DNA of 64,000 nt from the human T2T-CHM13v2.0 reference genome, Homo sapiens. Below are positions 11,521-25,364 of this stretch, piece after piece (position 1 is the first letter of the stretch; each line of letters begins with the position of its first letter). The stretch lies in NCBI RefSeq assembly GCF_009914755.1, contig NC_060926.1; one strand, written 5' to 3'. The position numbers and the translations under genes are program-made. The notes under the pieces are model-generated. The model made no database searches. It saw only the letters and a list, made by a program, of their open reading frames with translations, and was not told the DNA's origin.

Positions 11521-13349
11521 CAATGATGAATTTCTATGTTCATATGCAAGAGCTATCCAGCTGTTTACTCTGTAAAACCGCAGCCATAAATGGGTGAGTT
11601 AATACACACAAGACATTTGGAATGGTTCCTGGAACATAGTAAGGGCTCAAGAAATGTCTAAGCCATTAATATACTGCATTATTAAGGCATTTTGTCAAGA
11701 ACTGATGCTGATTTTTATCAAAAGGTTATGCTGAGGTTTTTCTACTTTTGATCCATCAGTCAAATGAATTGGTCTGGAATATTTTCTAGTGTTAATTCGT
11801 TTGCTTTCGTGGAATTAGCTCGTCTTGCACTTACATTAAATCAGCTGCCAGAGTTTGCAACTATTTCGTTTACAAAATTTTTAAATTAATACTGAAATAA
11901 AAATTTGATCTTAGTTTTTTTTTAGTTGAGCTTTAGTAGGAACAGTTCGCTAACTTCACAGAAATTATTGGAATCTTTTCCTAAATAGAAAAATAATACA
12001 ATGCAAGAGTATAAATAAATTATATATGTATATATCTAATATTTGGCTCCCTAAGTATTTAGAAAATCAATATCTTCCTTAAAGAGTTAGTGAAAATCCC
12101 CTGTGAAACACCCTGGCCTGCTTATTGTTTTTTGTCTTATTTTATTCTTTGGTAGAAGTAGCTTTTGACACTTTTAATGATTTTAATTATTTTACTTGCT
12201 TTATTTGACAGTTTAGGTTTCTACCTCTTTAGGTTCCCTGCCTCATCTGGAGTTAGTTTTAATAGTTTATATATTCCATAATGAGCATACATTGTATTCT
12301 TTTCAGTTTATTTCTATGGAGTTGAACAAAGTGATGTCTTGTGAATACAATATTTTCATCTGTATCTTCATTACCTTCCTCCCATAAATTTGTATTGTTT
12401 TATTTCACTTTGCTTTTTATTTTTTCATTAACTTTGGTTAAATTAGGTAATGGTTTATTTTCCCAGAGTTTTATGTATTTTTTTCTTTTATTTTTAATTT
12501 ATCAGTATTATCTCCTTCATTATAACTTATATATTTTGTTTTTCCTTTTCCTGATTTTTTTGGATGGGGTGGTATGGAAACCAGTAGTTTGCATTCTTTT
12601 CTATTTACTAAGTATAAGACTAGCCATGTTTCTCTGAATATTTTCACTGAACCACTGATTTTAGTTGCATACTATTTTATGCTAATTTATTTTTGCATTT
12701 TCTGTAATTTTAGTTTTAATTTTCTCTTTGATCAAAACTTGCTTACAAAAGAGTTTTCATTTATCGATTGGTTAATTTTTTAATATTTAAATTATAAATA
12801 AGTTTTTTATTAACATATCTCACGGCAGATAAATCAGATAATGTTTTCTGTATTATTTCTGCTTTTAATTGTTTTTGCTTACAGTGCTTTTATTTTTGCA
12901 AATGTTTCAGACATCCATGAAAAGAATATATATTCTATGATTTTAGTCTTAGTGGTTGCTATGTACATAGTTAAATGTGCCTTAATAATTAGTTTAATTA
13001 TAACGATCTTAAGTGTTTTATTAATTAGTTTTTTTTTAAGTTTTTTTCTTGTTCTATACTAAATCACTCACAAGCTGTGAAGGATGAATTGAAGTCCCCC
13101 TCTACTAAAAGAATTCTATTTCTATTTGGTTTTCTTGCCATGTTACTCATTCCTCTCTTAGGTTATGTTATTGTGGTTACTGATTTTTTTTTAAGTTTAA
13201 TATTCAATTTGGATTATCCTTGCTTGCTTAATATATTGCCTTTCTTGGTCTCATTTAATTCTTTATGTCCTGAAATATTTTTAAAACACCTTTATTGAGA
13301 TATAATTAATATACAAAGAACTGTGCATATTTGAAGTATACAATTTACA

Positions 13350-14120
13350 AAAAAATTAATTAAAGGAATTCAAATAGAAAATAAATAAATAAAATTATAC
13401 CTGTTTGCAGATGTCATGATTCTATAACCAGAAAACTAAAAACACCACACATGGACATGAAAAGTGTTTGAGAGAATACATAAATACAGTTAAGTTTTGG
13501 GTTACACAGTAAACATATAAGAATTAGTGACATTACACTAACAACAAGCCATCTGAAAAATAAATTGAGAAAACAATCCCATTTATAGTAGCATAAAATA
13601 GAGTCAAATACTTAAAAGTAAACCAAAGATATAAAATACTTCCATACTGAAACATACAGAACACTGATGAAAGAGATTAGAGGAGACACAAACAAATGGA
13701 GAAACAATTTTGTGTTAATGGATTGGAAGACTTAATATTGTTAAAATGCCCATACTACTCCAAATAATCTAGATATTCAATTCTATCTCCACCAATCCCA
13801 AATGCTTTATCTATAGCAAAAGAAAACACAATTTTAAAATTTATACGGAACCACAAAAGTCCTAGAATAGCCAAAACAATCTTTGGGAAAACCAATAAAG
13901 CTGGAGACATTACACATCCTGATTTCAGAATATATTACAAAGCTGCAGTGATTAAAACAATATAATACTGGCATTAGGACAGACATTTAGATCAATGGAA
14001 GAGAATAGAAAGTTACAGAAATAAACCCACATATATATGGCCAACTGATCTTTGACAAGGCTGCCGTCAATATACAGTGCTGGGGAAACTAGATATCAAC
14101 ATGCAAATAAAAAAATCTGA
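13350..14120 (+). mobile_element. L1 (L1MA/MB-type) ORF2 fragment, sense orientation
   Basis: CTGTTTGCAGATGTCATGATT (LFADDMI-like). AAAGCTGGAGACATTACACATCCTGATTTCAGAATATATTACAAAGCT matches the L1 ORF2 GGITLPDFKLYYKA region. Confidence 0.9.
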
Positions 14121-15427
14121 CTTTTTAATATTGAAATGCCCTTTCTTTTTTTGTTTCCCTTTAGAAACAAAAAGATTTTCTATCATTTTCCTTTCAATCT
14201 TTCTTAAACATTTTGCTTATATTTTTTGAAAGAATATTTGAGTTTTGATTTTGTGACCCAATCTTTTTATTTAAACTATTAATTGTCACTGATTAGCACT
14301 TTTTCTTCTCTGGTTTGTAGATAGTTTTGAGTGTGATAACATTATATTAATTAAAGCTATTCTTTCTGATTTTGGAGCATTTATTTTGTTTTATCTTTTA
14401 CTGTGCTGTCTGTGATGGTTTTGCCAGGGGAGTTTGCATATACTGAGCTAATTATTACCTTTATGACAATGAGTTTGTATGTATCACATTTGTCTCTCTT
14501 TCTTTACACATTTTCTAATATATACTTGCCAGAGATAATAGAAAAACACATGTCACCACTTTGCCTGCTTCTACCTTTGAAACTCTTCATCTCTAAATTT
14601 TAGATGATTATGTTTTTTCTGTATGTTTAGGCTTATGCCCTTATGTACTCAATTATTTTATTTCTTTAAAGTAAATTTTTTGACCCCTGGCTATAAAATA
14701 TGGGGAAATCTCATAAAATCTTACACCTTCTCTTTCCCATCATACTCCCATTAGTTATACAATTTTTATCGCATCAGAGTTTATAATTTTCACATTTATA
14801 TTGGAGACATAATGCTGCATTTGTTTCAGCTTTTATTCTTGAGTTAAATGGCATCAACCCTCAGCACTGGCCCTTCATGACAATTTCTCCAACCATCTCT
14901 CTTTTTTTTTGTTCAAGTTTATTCCATCATTGTTTCCTTAAGAAGGCGTCATTTAAAATATTTTCTCTGTTCTTGGAAATTCTAAACAATGCAACAATGT
15001 GTGTCTGTCATTTTCATTCTCAAACTACTATATGCCTTGTATAAAATTCTTGGGACACTTCTGCTCACTAAGGAATTTAGGCACTCTTCTAGTGTTTTCC
15101 AGCAGTGCTGCAAAAGTTAGATTAAAATATTCTTTATTTAATTTAATGTTCAGTAACTTTATTAGGATATGTTTCAGGGTTAATCATTATGTGTCATGTT
15201 TTCCAGGTCTCAATATACTTAGTGATATCTAAAAACAAGATTTTTTAATATCTGAGAAAAACATTGAATTACACCTTAATTTCCTTTGTTTCTTTTCTCC
15301 TCTTCAGAAATAACTATTTTCCTTCAAAAACAAGTATTACAAGAATCTGTCTTCTATAGCTATTATTATAATTTCAGTTCAGATCATATCTTTTCAGTTC
15401 TTTTATAGCATATTTTTCCTTTTGCTT

Positions 15428-15746
15428 ATTTTCTTTTATTAATTAATTAATTAATTTTTTTTGACAGAGTCTTGCTCTGTCAACCAGGCTGGAGTGCAGT
15501 GGCTCAATCTTGGCTTACTGCAACCTCTGCCTCCCCAGTTCAAGTGATTCTCATGCCTCAGCCTCCCGAACAACTGGGAATAAGGCAGGTGTGTGCCACC
15601 AAGCCCGGCTAATATTTTGGGTTTTTAGTTGAGATGGGATTTTGCTATGTTGGCCAGGCTGGTCTTGAACTCCTGGCCTCAAGTGATGCAACCATCTCTG
15701 CCTCCCAAAGTGCTGGGATTAGAGGCATGAGACACTGCAGCAGGCC
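15428..15746 (-). mobile_element. Alu (old, AluJ/Sx-like)
   Basis: Antisense Alu dimer with degenerate T tail. Confidence 0.92.
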
Positions 15747-15892
15747 ATTTATTTTCTTTTTTTTAGAAACAAAGTCTCATTTTGTCACCCAGACTGGAGT
15801 ACAGTGGCGTGATCATAGTCCACTGCAGCCTGAGATCAAGTGATCCTGTCACCTTGGCCTTCGAAAATACTAGAACTACAGGCATGAGCCAT
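15747..15892 (-). mobile_element. Truncated Alu/FLAM fragment
   Basis: Antisense Alu text with an internal deletion. Confidence 0.8.
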
Positions 15893-17647
15893 CTTTGCTT
15901 ACTTTTCTTAATCCCGTGCTCCATATAGCATCCTCTGTTTTTCTGTAACGTTTATTTCCCCTCATATTGTTTCCAAGGTTACCTTTATTTTTGCATTTTG
16001 TATTGATCTTATTTTTATTTCACCTTTTTTTTTGGTTCTGCCACTCATATTTCAAGTCCTTGTTTTGCTTCACCATTTCCCTCCTTAAATGTTGTTTGTC
16101 AGCTTTGACTCATTGGTTTTTTTTGGGAGATTACTCCATTGATGTTTTTCTTTTTCCTTTTATTTTATGGTAATGGCAACAGTTTTTATCTATTCAATGG
16201 GAACATTTTTTGGGGGAAGTGTGTGTGTGTGTAAATTATAATATATTTTTATAGACCCAGTGCTAATTTTTTTTTTTTCATTTTGAATCAGGTGATTTTT
16301 AGTCAGGCTAACAGATTTTTATTCTCTATGCAAGGGAGTCCTTAGTTAACTGAGTAATATGGCTGTAGGCTCATCACATCCACTGTGTTCTCACTCCCCC
16401 AACACCTTACCCAAAGGCGGCTTGCTGTAGGTCCAAGTTGAGTGTATGCTGCCTCCTATGCCCCTACCTCCTGTGCTTATTGTTGGTACCAAACAGGTTC
16501 CCTGGAAACTCTCACTTTCATTCTCATTCTTTCAAAATGAGCTTTTTAAGTGTGGCTCCTGAACGTGGTCCATTGACTTTGTCTTCTACAAAGATGTGCT
16601 TTCTACAGACTCTGGACCACCTGGGTGGCCGTGACAGCACTTTCATCTTGTTCTTCACTGAATTACATATCTTGTGTTTTCTAGTTTTATGAAAAAGTGG
16701 CTTTACACTGTTGCTTTCATTTTTTTTCTATTGTTTCTATATCATATCTGTGAGAGAATTAGGGAAAACTGACTTTAGAGTTTTAAAATCAGGTGGCCTG
16801 TTATTCTTGTAACTATGTTACCGTAATCATATTTCAAAAAATTGGCATTTCCAAAATGATAATTAAACAAATATTTTTTCCATGAATTTAGCAATGTAAT
16901 AGCTTCATGGAGATTTGGAGGCAATAAGTGGCTCACTTCTTTGAAAACTTACCTTACACCTTGTCATGTGTAGTGTGCCAATTTTTATAAGAGTGGGAGA
17001 AAGAATCAACTGCAAATAAATAAAAAGAATAAAGAGAAGACATCAGGTAATCATGAAACACCTCCTACCAACTTTATAAAATTAATCAGGAAAGAAGGAA
17101 GGAGAAGAAACAAAACTGAACACAGCTTGCAGCACATTCAGCATTGATCACCAGGTCAGCTGCTCTCCGACCTACTTCCTCATAGTTGTTTCATGCCTCT
17201 TGCCTCAGAATCACATAGACCATGTTACAAGATTATAGTTCTTAACTGCTCTACAGATAACAACTTGAACATTATGAGATGGTAAGTTTTCTATTTGAGA
17301 TATTCTTGCATGTCCTGCATACTGATGAAACTACTGACATTAGCTGGTCTGAAGGACCCCACAAGAAGCTGACCAAGGAATGCAGTTTACATATTCTGAT
17401 AATTTTATCTCCCTTACCCCAACCAATCAATGATCTGAATTCTCCAGCCCTTCATTATCCATGAACCCCTTTAAAAACTCCAGCTACAAACTCCTTGGGG
17501 AGATGGATTTGAGGGTCTTCTCCCATCTCTTTGCTTGGTGCCCTGTGACCATTAAACTCTTTCTCCGCTGCAAACCCTTCTGGGTCAGTATAATTGGTTT
17601 GTTACTGCATATCGGACATATGAACTTGTTGATCCTGTAAGAAATTA

Positions 17648-17666
17648 TGGCAAGCCTAGTCAGGAG
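17648..17666 (+). promoter_or_regulatory. Degenerate retroviral primer-binding site, tRNA-Arg(ACG)-like
   Basis: TGGCAAGCCTAGTCAGGAG versus TGGCGAGCCAGCCAGGAG (complement of the tRNA-Arg 3' end), lying 5 nt after the LTR end. Confidence 0.65.
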
Positions 17667-17896
17667 CAGTTTGTGGGCATTTGCCTAAGGCTCAGTGTTC
17701 TGTCATTATTGGGATGGACCCAGGGATAAGCCCAAATGGCCACTTAGCTCCAGTGAACTAGACTGTCTCTGCTGCCTTGCCTATCAATGGGGCACATAAG
17801 TCACTTGTGCATAGAAACAGTTTCTGGTTTTGAAAAACATTGTTGGTAAGTTTTATTTGTGCAACTGGCACCCCCTTTGTCTTCTCCCTATTTCCT

Positions 17897-18012
17897 GGCC
17901 TCCTTGGATGTCTTGTGGCCTCTCCTGAGGTCTTGTGAACTCCTTGGATGTTCTGATGTCTCGTGTCTCTTCTGATGTCTTGTGGCCTCCTTGGAGGTCT
18001 TGTGGATTCTCC
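17897..18012. repeat. Degenerate ~20-bp tandem repeat in ERV leader
   Basis: About 6 units of GGCCTCCTTGGATGTCTTGT-like sequence. Confidence 0.75.
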
Positions 18013-20203
18013 TGGGTTTTTGACGACCCTCTTTAGTAATAGGAAGGGCCTTATTTGAGGGAATTTCTCTTAAATTAAAAGGATTAAAAAGGGCAGTGCT
18101 TGGGAGAAATACTCTTGATTTCTGAAATTTGGAAATTGAGTTTGGAAGTCCTTTTGTTTGTCTTTGTCCTGTTATGTATGTTTGTATGTGAAAGAGATCC
18201 CTGAAAGAATTGGTAGTGAAGCTCGGCAGGCCTAACTCGGGGTTACCATCCACTTTTCCACTTTGCCTCAAGACCACCTGCTGAACTCCTGGTTGGAGGT
18301 CATTCCCCCCGACCTTGAGTAGGTCAAAGGTGCCAAGGCTAGCTGAGGCAAATGTGAGCCTTGCTAGGTCACCCATGGGTACTAAGTAGAGTGATTAGTG
18401 TGTACATTTTGTTGTGCATGCATTATTTAGGCCAGAATGAAAAATGTTCATTTGGTTTCTCCAAGCAGCCCACTGGGCTTTATCTTGCAAAATTGGGAAG
18501 ACAAGAGAGATCTTTATTAGGTAGTGCAATAGGTAACTTACCCACTAAGGGCACGAACTCCTGTGAAAAAACTATGGAAAAGTGCAAAGGCATGCCAGGT
18601 TTTCTAGGATTCCAGTTGGTTATAAACCATGGCTCAGTCTTGTGCACATTTGAAATTGATGGGCAAATTACAGTAAAGTAAAAATTCAGAGCTCAAATGA
18701 GTTTATCTGAAATCATAAAATTAAAAGTTCTCTGTCTGTCTTTATTTTCTTTTCTGCCTGCTTTGTATCTTTCATAAACCACTGAGTTTGTATTGCTATC
18801 TCATGACTAGAATTTCAAAGCAAAACCTATAGCATCTTTGTATTGTCTGTATGTGCATTTAGATAAATTTATATGTATGCACATGTATTGTGTTATATAT
18901 CATGTTCATATGGTACTAAACTGGCTTATAATTAAAAGAACACTCATAAATAAAGTTCAAATATTTTTCAAGTTCATGTGACTTAAATCATTAATTAAAA
19001 AGCTGGCTTTAAAATTATTGATAAAATAAAAATAGAAATGTCTCCAGAATTGTCAGCATATATTTTTGTCTGGGCTTACTGATGATTTTATATGTTCCTC
19101 TTCTAGATATTTTAAGGTATCAGATTTTGGCACAAAGGTTATAAGACTATAAACCCATCCAAAAACAGAATGGTCTTCGTTGGTGTAATTTTTTGACAAA
19201 TAAGACTAATTTAATGTTTTTTGTTCAATGAAAACAGCTAAATCATCTAAGTTATTGGCAAAAGTACTCATAAGTTTAAGTTTCTTACTTAGGTGAACTA
19301 ACACAGGCTATAAAAATGTCAAACAGAAATAAATTTAAATGATGACTAGCTTTGTCTAATATCTCAGTTATCATAACTAATCTAGATAAACTGCTAAAAA
19401 TAAATGAGTAAATATGAATGGGCTAAATACTTAAAGGTAAACTTTTTGTTTGTTTAAAATCTTAAAATTATTTTGAATGCTTGTTAGATATCTGGGTAAT
19501 TTTCAGTTAAGAAACAGTTACGATATAGGGAAACAAGTTTCTAAACATTGTTAAATCATTTCAACTATAAAACACTAACATCTAACAAACAGTTCAGGAT
19601 TTCTTGCTTCCTAGGTTTTCACTAAAACTTAAGGTTACCTGAAATAAGATTTCTAGTAAATATATAGTTCTGCATGTAAAACGTGTCAAAAAAGATGTGT
19701 TTCTCATTAGAAAAAAAATTAAAAAAATATAAAGTTGGGTTTTTATTAAGAAAAAGAATAATTTTGTCTAATTCAGAAGTTATCTAAAGATTGATTCAAA
19801 TTATGAACTTGAAAAGATTATGAAACAAGGTAAAAAGGCCAGTAAGTAGAGGAGAAATATGTAAAAACAATTACAAATATAAAAATATATTTTTCATAAG
19901 GAGGGTTATAAAAACAAAGATAATACTTTTATATGAAAAAATATTTTGTGTGATATATTTTTGTTCTAAAATAAAATGACTAGTTATTTAGAAAAAAAAA
20001 GAAAGTTCAGACATGTCATAGATGGCCTGTATAAGTTGTGACAAGACTCATGAAAGGGAATTTATGAAAGAAATTTAGTATTTGATTAGGTTGACTATAA
20101 TTGAAAATATTATTCATAATAGTCCTTCTAAAGATTGGTTATCCTCTGATAAAACAAGATTTCCTTAAGGTATGAATTTACTCTTAATAAAATTACAAGA
20201 GGT

Positions 20204-20494
20204 GGCTGGGCACGGTGGCTCACGCCTGTAATCCCAGCACTTTGGGAGGCTGAGGCGGGAGGATCACGAGGTCAGGAGATCAGGACCATCTTGGCTAACA
20301 TGGTGAAACCCCGTCTCTACTAAAAATACAAAAAACAAAAAAAAAATTAGCCAGGCGCGATGGCGGGTGCCTGCAGTCCCAGCTACTCGGGAGGCTGAGG
20401 CAGGAGAATGGCGTCAACCCGGGAGGCGGAGCTTGCAGTGAGCCGAGATTGCACCACTGCAGTCCAGCCTGGACGAAAGAGCAAGACTCCGTCT

Positions 20495-20537
<43 letters not shown>
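20204..20537 (+). mobile_element. AluY (possibly Ye-like) nested in the ERV1 internal region
   Basis: AluY diagnostic GAATGGCGT...GCGGAGCTTGCAG; 42-nt pure A run; 15-bp TSD AAAATTACAAGAGGT on both sides. Confidence 0.95.
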
Positions 20538-20539
<2 letters not shown>

Positions 20540-20683
20540 ACAAGAGGTTTACCTTTTAATTGTGTTACCTGTTTCATTTTGAAAACTCAGATTTATATCT
20601 CAGAAGTTCGACGTTTGCTGTTTCTCATTGTTTTCACCCTTTTCTCCCTTTGAGAAGGCCAGAGATGAAAACTCTCTTCTTCA

Positions 20684-20777
20684 TTTTTATTTTATTTTAC
20701 TTTATTTATTTTATTTTATTTTATTTTATTTTATTTTATTTTATTTTATTTTATTTTATTTTATATTTTATTTTATT
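20684..20777. repeat. (TTTTA)n microsatellite
   Basis: Direct reading of the repeat units. Confidence 0.95.
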
Positions 20778-23139
20778 GCCAGCTCCTGTAACATTCTGTC
20801 TCTGTTTTTCACTTTACTGCTATGGCCTGACAATAAAATATTTATCTTAAAGCTCTAGAAAAGCAATGTTTTTCTTTAGAATAATTTGATTCTGTATACT
20901 TGACTTTTCTTGCTATGTCTGGATTTTTCCATGTAACAAGAAAACTTCTCAAGGTGTTACTAGGAGTCATGCATTACTAGTTTTCTAGGTTTTTGTTTCC
21001 TCTATAATATAATTTATAACCATAATCCTGGACACATTCTTCCTGTATTGGATTGATTCAAGTGCCCTTTTCATCAGGGTTGACTTTAAGGTTCTCTAAA
21101 TGGGTTTCCCATAAGGAGAAGCAATCACACTTCACTCTGCAGGTGGTTTTCCTTGGTGTTTTTGATAACAGGCCTAAGAAGCAAGATTTTATATTTTATC
21201 AATATAATTCCTATGTTGTTAGTTTTTTGATTACTTAGGAACATTCAGCTTTAAGAAGGAAAGTTTTTACTTCTGTATAACTTTCTGTAGTGCTTTTAAA
21301 GTCTTGATTATCACTTTGGTTAAATTAATAACTATTATTTTACAATGACCTGTGATTCTGTTTTGATCAAATGTTTTGGCCTTTTAACATCTTTGATATA
21401 CATCCTCAAAATCAAATTCTAAATTAAGTCTCTGACTTAGACTTATTGCTGATACTTATCAAAGCTGTAAAAACTGATCCCTGCAAGATTTTAGCATCTT
21501 TTTACAGCTTCCAGTCAAACCATGAACTCCAGCATCACCAACTCCAGCCTGATAATTACATGTACTGGAAGAGATATCCATTGAAAGACTCCCTCGACCC
21601 CCCCTTTAAAGGGACTTTCATCAGATGCTATTAATTAATCCTTGTACTGTTAAGTTAAAGGGTTTTGATTCCTGGGTGCACATATCTCATCTGAAAAAGG
21701 CACCAACTCCTACTAATTCTTAAAATATTGATACTATTATCTGACACCATACTCAGGTTAACAAAAGCCTTGTCTTCAGACCCAGAAGAAAGGTAGCATG
21801 AAAATGATCTGCTTTTGTGAGACATAAGACTAGAAATTAAAACTATTCAATCTCTCTAGGCTCAGTGACTACTGCAGGAGAGATGGGCATGTGAGATTGT
21901 AAGGGCCTGTTTTGAGGGATACAATTAGTTCAGATGCTCCAAATCAAGGATGGCACAGAGTTACCTAAACAGCCAACAAGTTGAGGAATTTTGCCACTCT
22001 GAATTCCTTAACTCAAAAGGGTTTAACCAAATGCTTATGTTTCGTATTGCTAAATGGCTACAAGTCAGTATCTAAGACCAGAATTCATTTCTATAACCTT
22101 ACTTTTTGGCTCTTATATGCTGAAAAGGTTTTTTAAGCATTAATGAGTGTCTGCCCACTTCCATTCCCATCTGGCCCAGAATGTTTAATTGACTACATGT
22201 CTTTTGACTGAAAGTCATTTGGCCATAGGGGTCTCACCAAGGGACAAGATGGACCCAAAGCAGGTGACCACACCAACCTGACAATGATATGGCACAAAAT
22301 AAAAAGCTTTGCAATCCATGCTGCTTCTGGCATACCTTGACCAAAAATACTGAACCCAGAACTTTTTGGGGAAATAGATTTGAGAGTCTCCTCCCATCTC
22401 TTCACTTGGCACCCTATGATCACGGAACTCTTTCCTGCTGCAAATCCTGCTAACTCAGTGTAATTGATCAGTGGGCAAACAAACCTGTTGGTCCTATAAT
22501 AGTCAAAGTCCTGTGATGCAAATAAACCTTAATGGAGAGACAGGGTTAGTTTGTGTTTGGTGGTTTAAGAGGTTGTCATCAAAGAGTGAGTAATTAAGAT
22601 GGGCATTGAATGCTAAGAGAGAGGCATTTATGTGCAGTTGTTGGGGAGGAACATTCTAAAAATAAGGCCCAGCAAGTGCAAAGTCCCAACTTTGGAAAGA
22701 TAAAAGCTACTTGTTTTATGGGATAAAAGAAAAGGAAAAAAATACACATAATGAGAGAGATCTGCAGGAACCAGGTAGAGTCAAGTTGTGTAGGCCTGAG
22801 TCAAGGACTTGGGCTTCATTAAAGATTTTTGAGAAAAGAAAAACACTTCTTACAATGAAATCAGATGACTTCAACTGATATTCTTAATGATATACTGTAT
22901 ATAAAAATATAGACATTCTTGATTGGTCAGGTACTAATAAAATGTTTTCCACACATACAGTTTTGTGAATTTCAGTTACAACTGAAAACCTGTGGATTCC
23001 CCTGACCTCACGTGCTCTTCCATCTAGAGAGTCTGAATTGTAAAGGAGAGGTCCAAAACCAGCATTGATGAAGACCTAAATGACCTATCACTCATGAAGG
23101 CTTAGGTCTATTGTCAAAGGCTGACACTCTAGCCTGATG

Positions 23140-23335
23140 GAGTGCTTCCTTGAAACAGGTTCTTACAAACATTGTCTGATTTAATTTTCACAACAATCCA
23201 TTTGAAATAGGTTTAAATTGCTTCTATTTTACAGTTGAAGAAACACACTTTAAAAGGTTTAAGGAATTTTCCTGAGGTTACTCAGCTAGTAAGTGGTAGA
23301 GACCAAAAAAAGAACTTGGGTCTGTTCATTGCCCA
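23140..23335. mobile_element. MIR
   Basis: ttttacagttgaagaaacac...aggtttaaggaattttcctgaggttactcagctagtaagtggtagag core. Confidence 0.8.
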
Positions 23336-24978
23336 GCCTGGGCTCTCCCGCAAAGCCTGCCACCCACAAGGCTTGAGATGGAGAGAATCTGGGGTAGGAA
23401 ATACCTTTCTGTTTTTTTCAAAACCACTCCCTGTTGGCAGAACTCTCCTTAAGCTACGCAAGAGGGTTGTCCGGTTAAGCCATTTATCTTTCTCTATCAG
23501 AGAGCAGGCTCTCTTTTCTCATAGCTGTGTAGTCTTAGCAGTCAGAATTGATAACAGCTGCTGGACACCTGAGCTGTATTATTTTGCCAGGAGATAACAG
23601 AGTGAATGACTTGTAGCAGACTCAGAACACTGATGAGTTCAAGGCCCACAGTAGAGATTGTGAAATGTAATTCCCAGATAATTCAAGGGGAAGAGAAGCT
23701 AAACAAATCTCGGTTTCACTCTTCGAATTTGTACTCTGAGAACAAATTGAGAAATCTGAGAAGAAAAGTCGTCATATTTGAAGTGCTTCAGAGAAATTTT
23801 TGTCTTCTTTTTCCTTTACTCTTTGGGGCTTGAATACCAACAAGACTCATTTTTGAAATTAGAATTTCTCTTCCATAGGGAGTGAGATTTAACTTAAGAT
23901 AAAATTTGATGCTTCCTTCAGAGAGAGCAAATGTCTTAGATACAGGTCAGGGAAGCTTTTGCTGGCCACTCATGTGCATGGATCTCATTCTTCTGCTTTG
24001 CCTTTTTAGTAAATGGGTGGCGGGAATGTAGGGGTTTTTTGATAATTGAAACGAGGTGTTTCCTTTCTTGCAAAGTGCTAAATGCATTAAGTACTTTTGC
24101 AAAGGAGATAGTACGTGCCTCAATTTAGACAGAAATTTTACTTTAAAGAAGTTAATTCGTGATGAAATGAGGGTCTATCATGTGCCATGTGTTGAAACTT
24201 AGGGATGAGTCAGATGCTGGTCCTGCTCTCACCAGGTTCACCTTCACCTTGGGAGACAGACGTGTAGCCAAGTAAGTCCAGTGTGCAATGAGTGAGGCTC
24301 CATACACTTTCTTGAATTTTTAGGAGTCCCCTCCTATCTTTCATCATTACTCCATCTTGTTAGAAAGGAGGCATAGCTGAATATCATTTTAGAAGAGAGA
24401 CTTGCCAGTGGATGTATGACGATTTATATGGAGTTACTAAGGGGTTCTTAGTGGGCTTTTGAGACAGATCTGAAGGTAAATTCTAATGCTTCTGCTTCTT
24501 GTCCCTGGCACCTTGCATATAGTTCATATTTGACTCCTCAGGGAGATGAGAAGGGATTAAAGGGAAGAACACAGACTTTGTGACTAGTTCCACCACAGTA
24601 GCCGCCAGTACTCTTAGTTATGTGGCTGTCTAGAACTGACTTTGCTTATTACATCAGGCACTTCTGTGACTTTCTCAGGGACCCCATACTAGGAAATTCC
24701 AGTGGCAGGTCCTGTGATATGGGTGATGTTTTCTCCTAGAAGGCCACATAATGATTCTGTACCCCAACCCCTGCTATAACCCATTCTGAAGTGGCCCCAT
24801 TCTAAGAGCCTCACCAGGTAGCTCTTACAGGTGAAGTTCATTTGGACTTGCATCAAAGCTGGAACTTTCCTACATGCCTCACATCAGGTTCACCCTTTTC
24901 ACGGCTGTTAGTAGAAGTCAATTTAAGTCTTAATCCAACCCCTTATCTCTCTGTCATGTCATGGGCAGTCAATAGTTA

Positions 24979-25364
<386 letters not shown>

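Larger units (their letters stand above)
10680..16300 (-). mobile_element. Highly degraded antisense L1ME/L1M block, interrupted by MIR, L1 and Alu pieces
   Basis: T-rich strand. Minus ORF 11145-11381 has LFSLEAGRRQGFSLSPLLFHLVLQ, a decayed L1 ORF2 RT motif ([23 protein letters not shown]). Boundaries approximate. Confidence 0.7.
17054..22501 (+). mobile_element. MER4-group ERV1 provirus (non-autonomous): full 5' LTR, degraded internal region, truncated 3' LTR
   Basis: 5' LTR 17054-17642 (TGAAAC...). A PBS-like site follows it. 22350-22501 is a diverged copy of the last ~160 bp of the 5' LTR. 4-bp TSD atca/gtca. Confidence 0.85.

Noticed and set aside
12341-13298. Hydrophobic 'membrane protein' ORFs
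   Set aside because: Artefact of T-rich antisense L1 sequence giving Phe/Leu/Ile codons.
17897-18012. CRISPR-like array
   Set aside because: The units are adjacent and degenerate, with no unique spacers, and sit inside a mammalian ERV.
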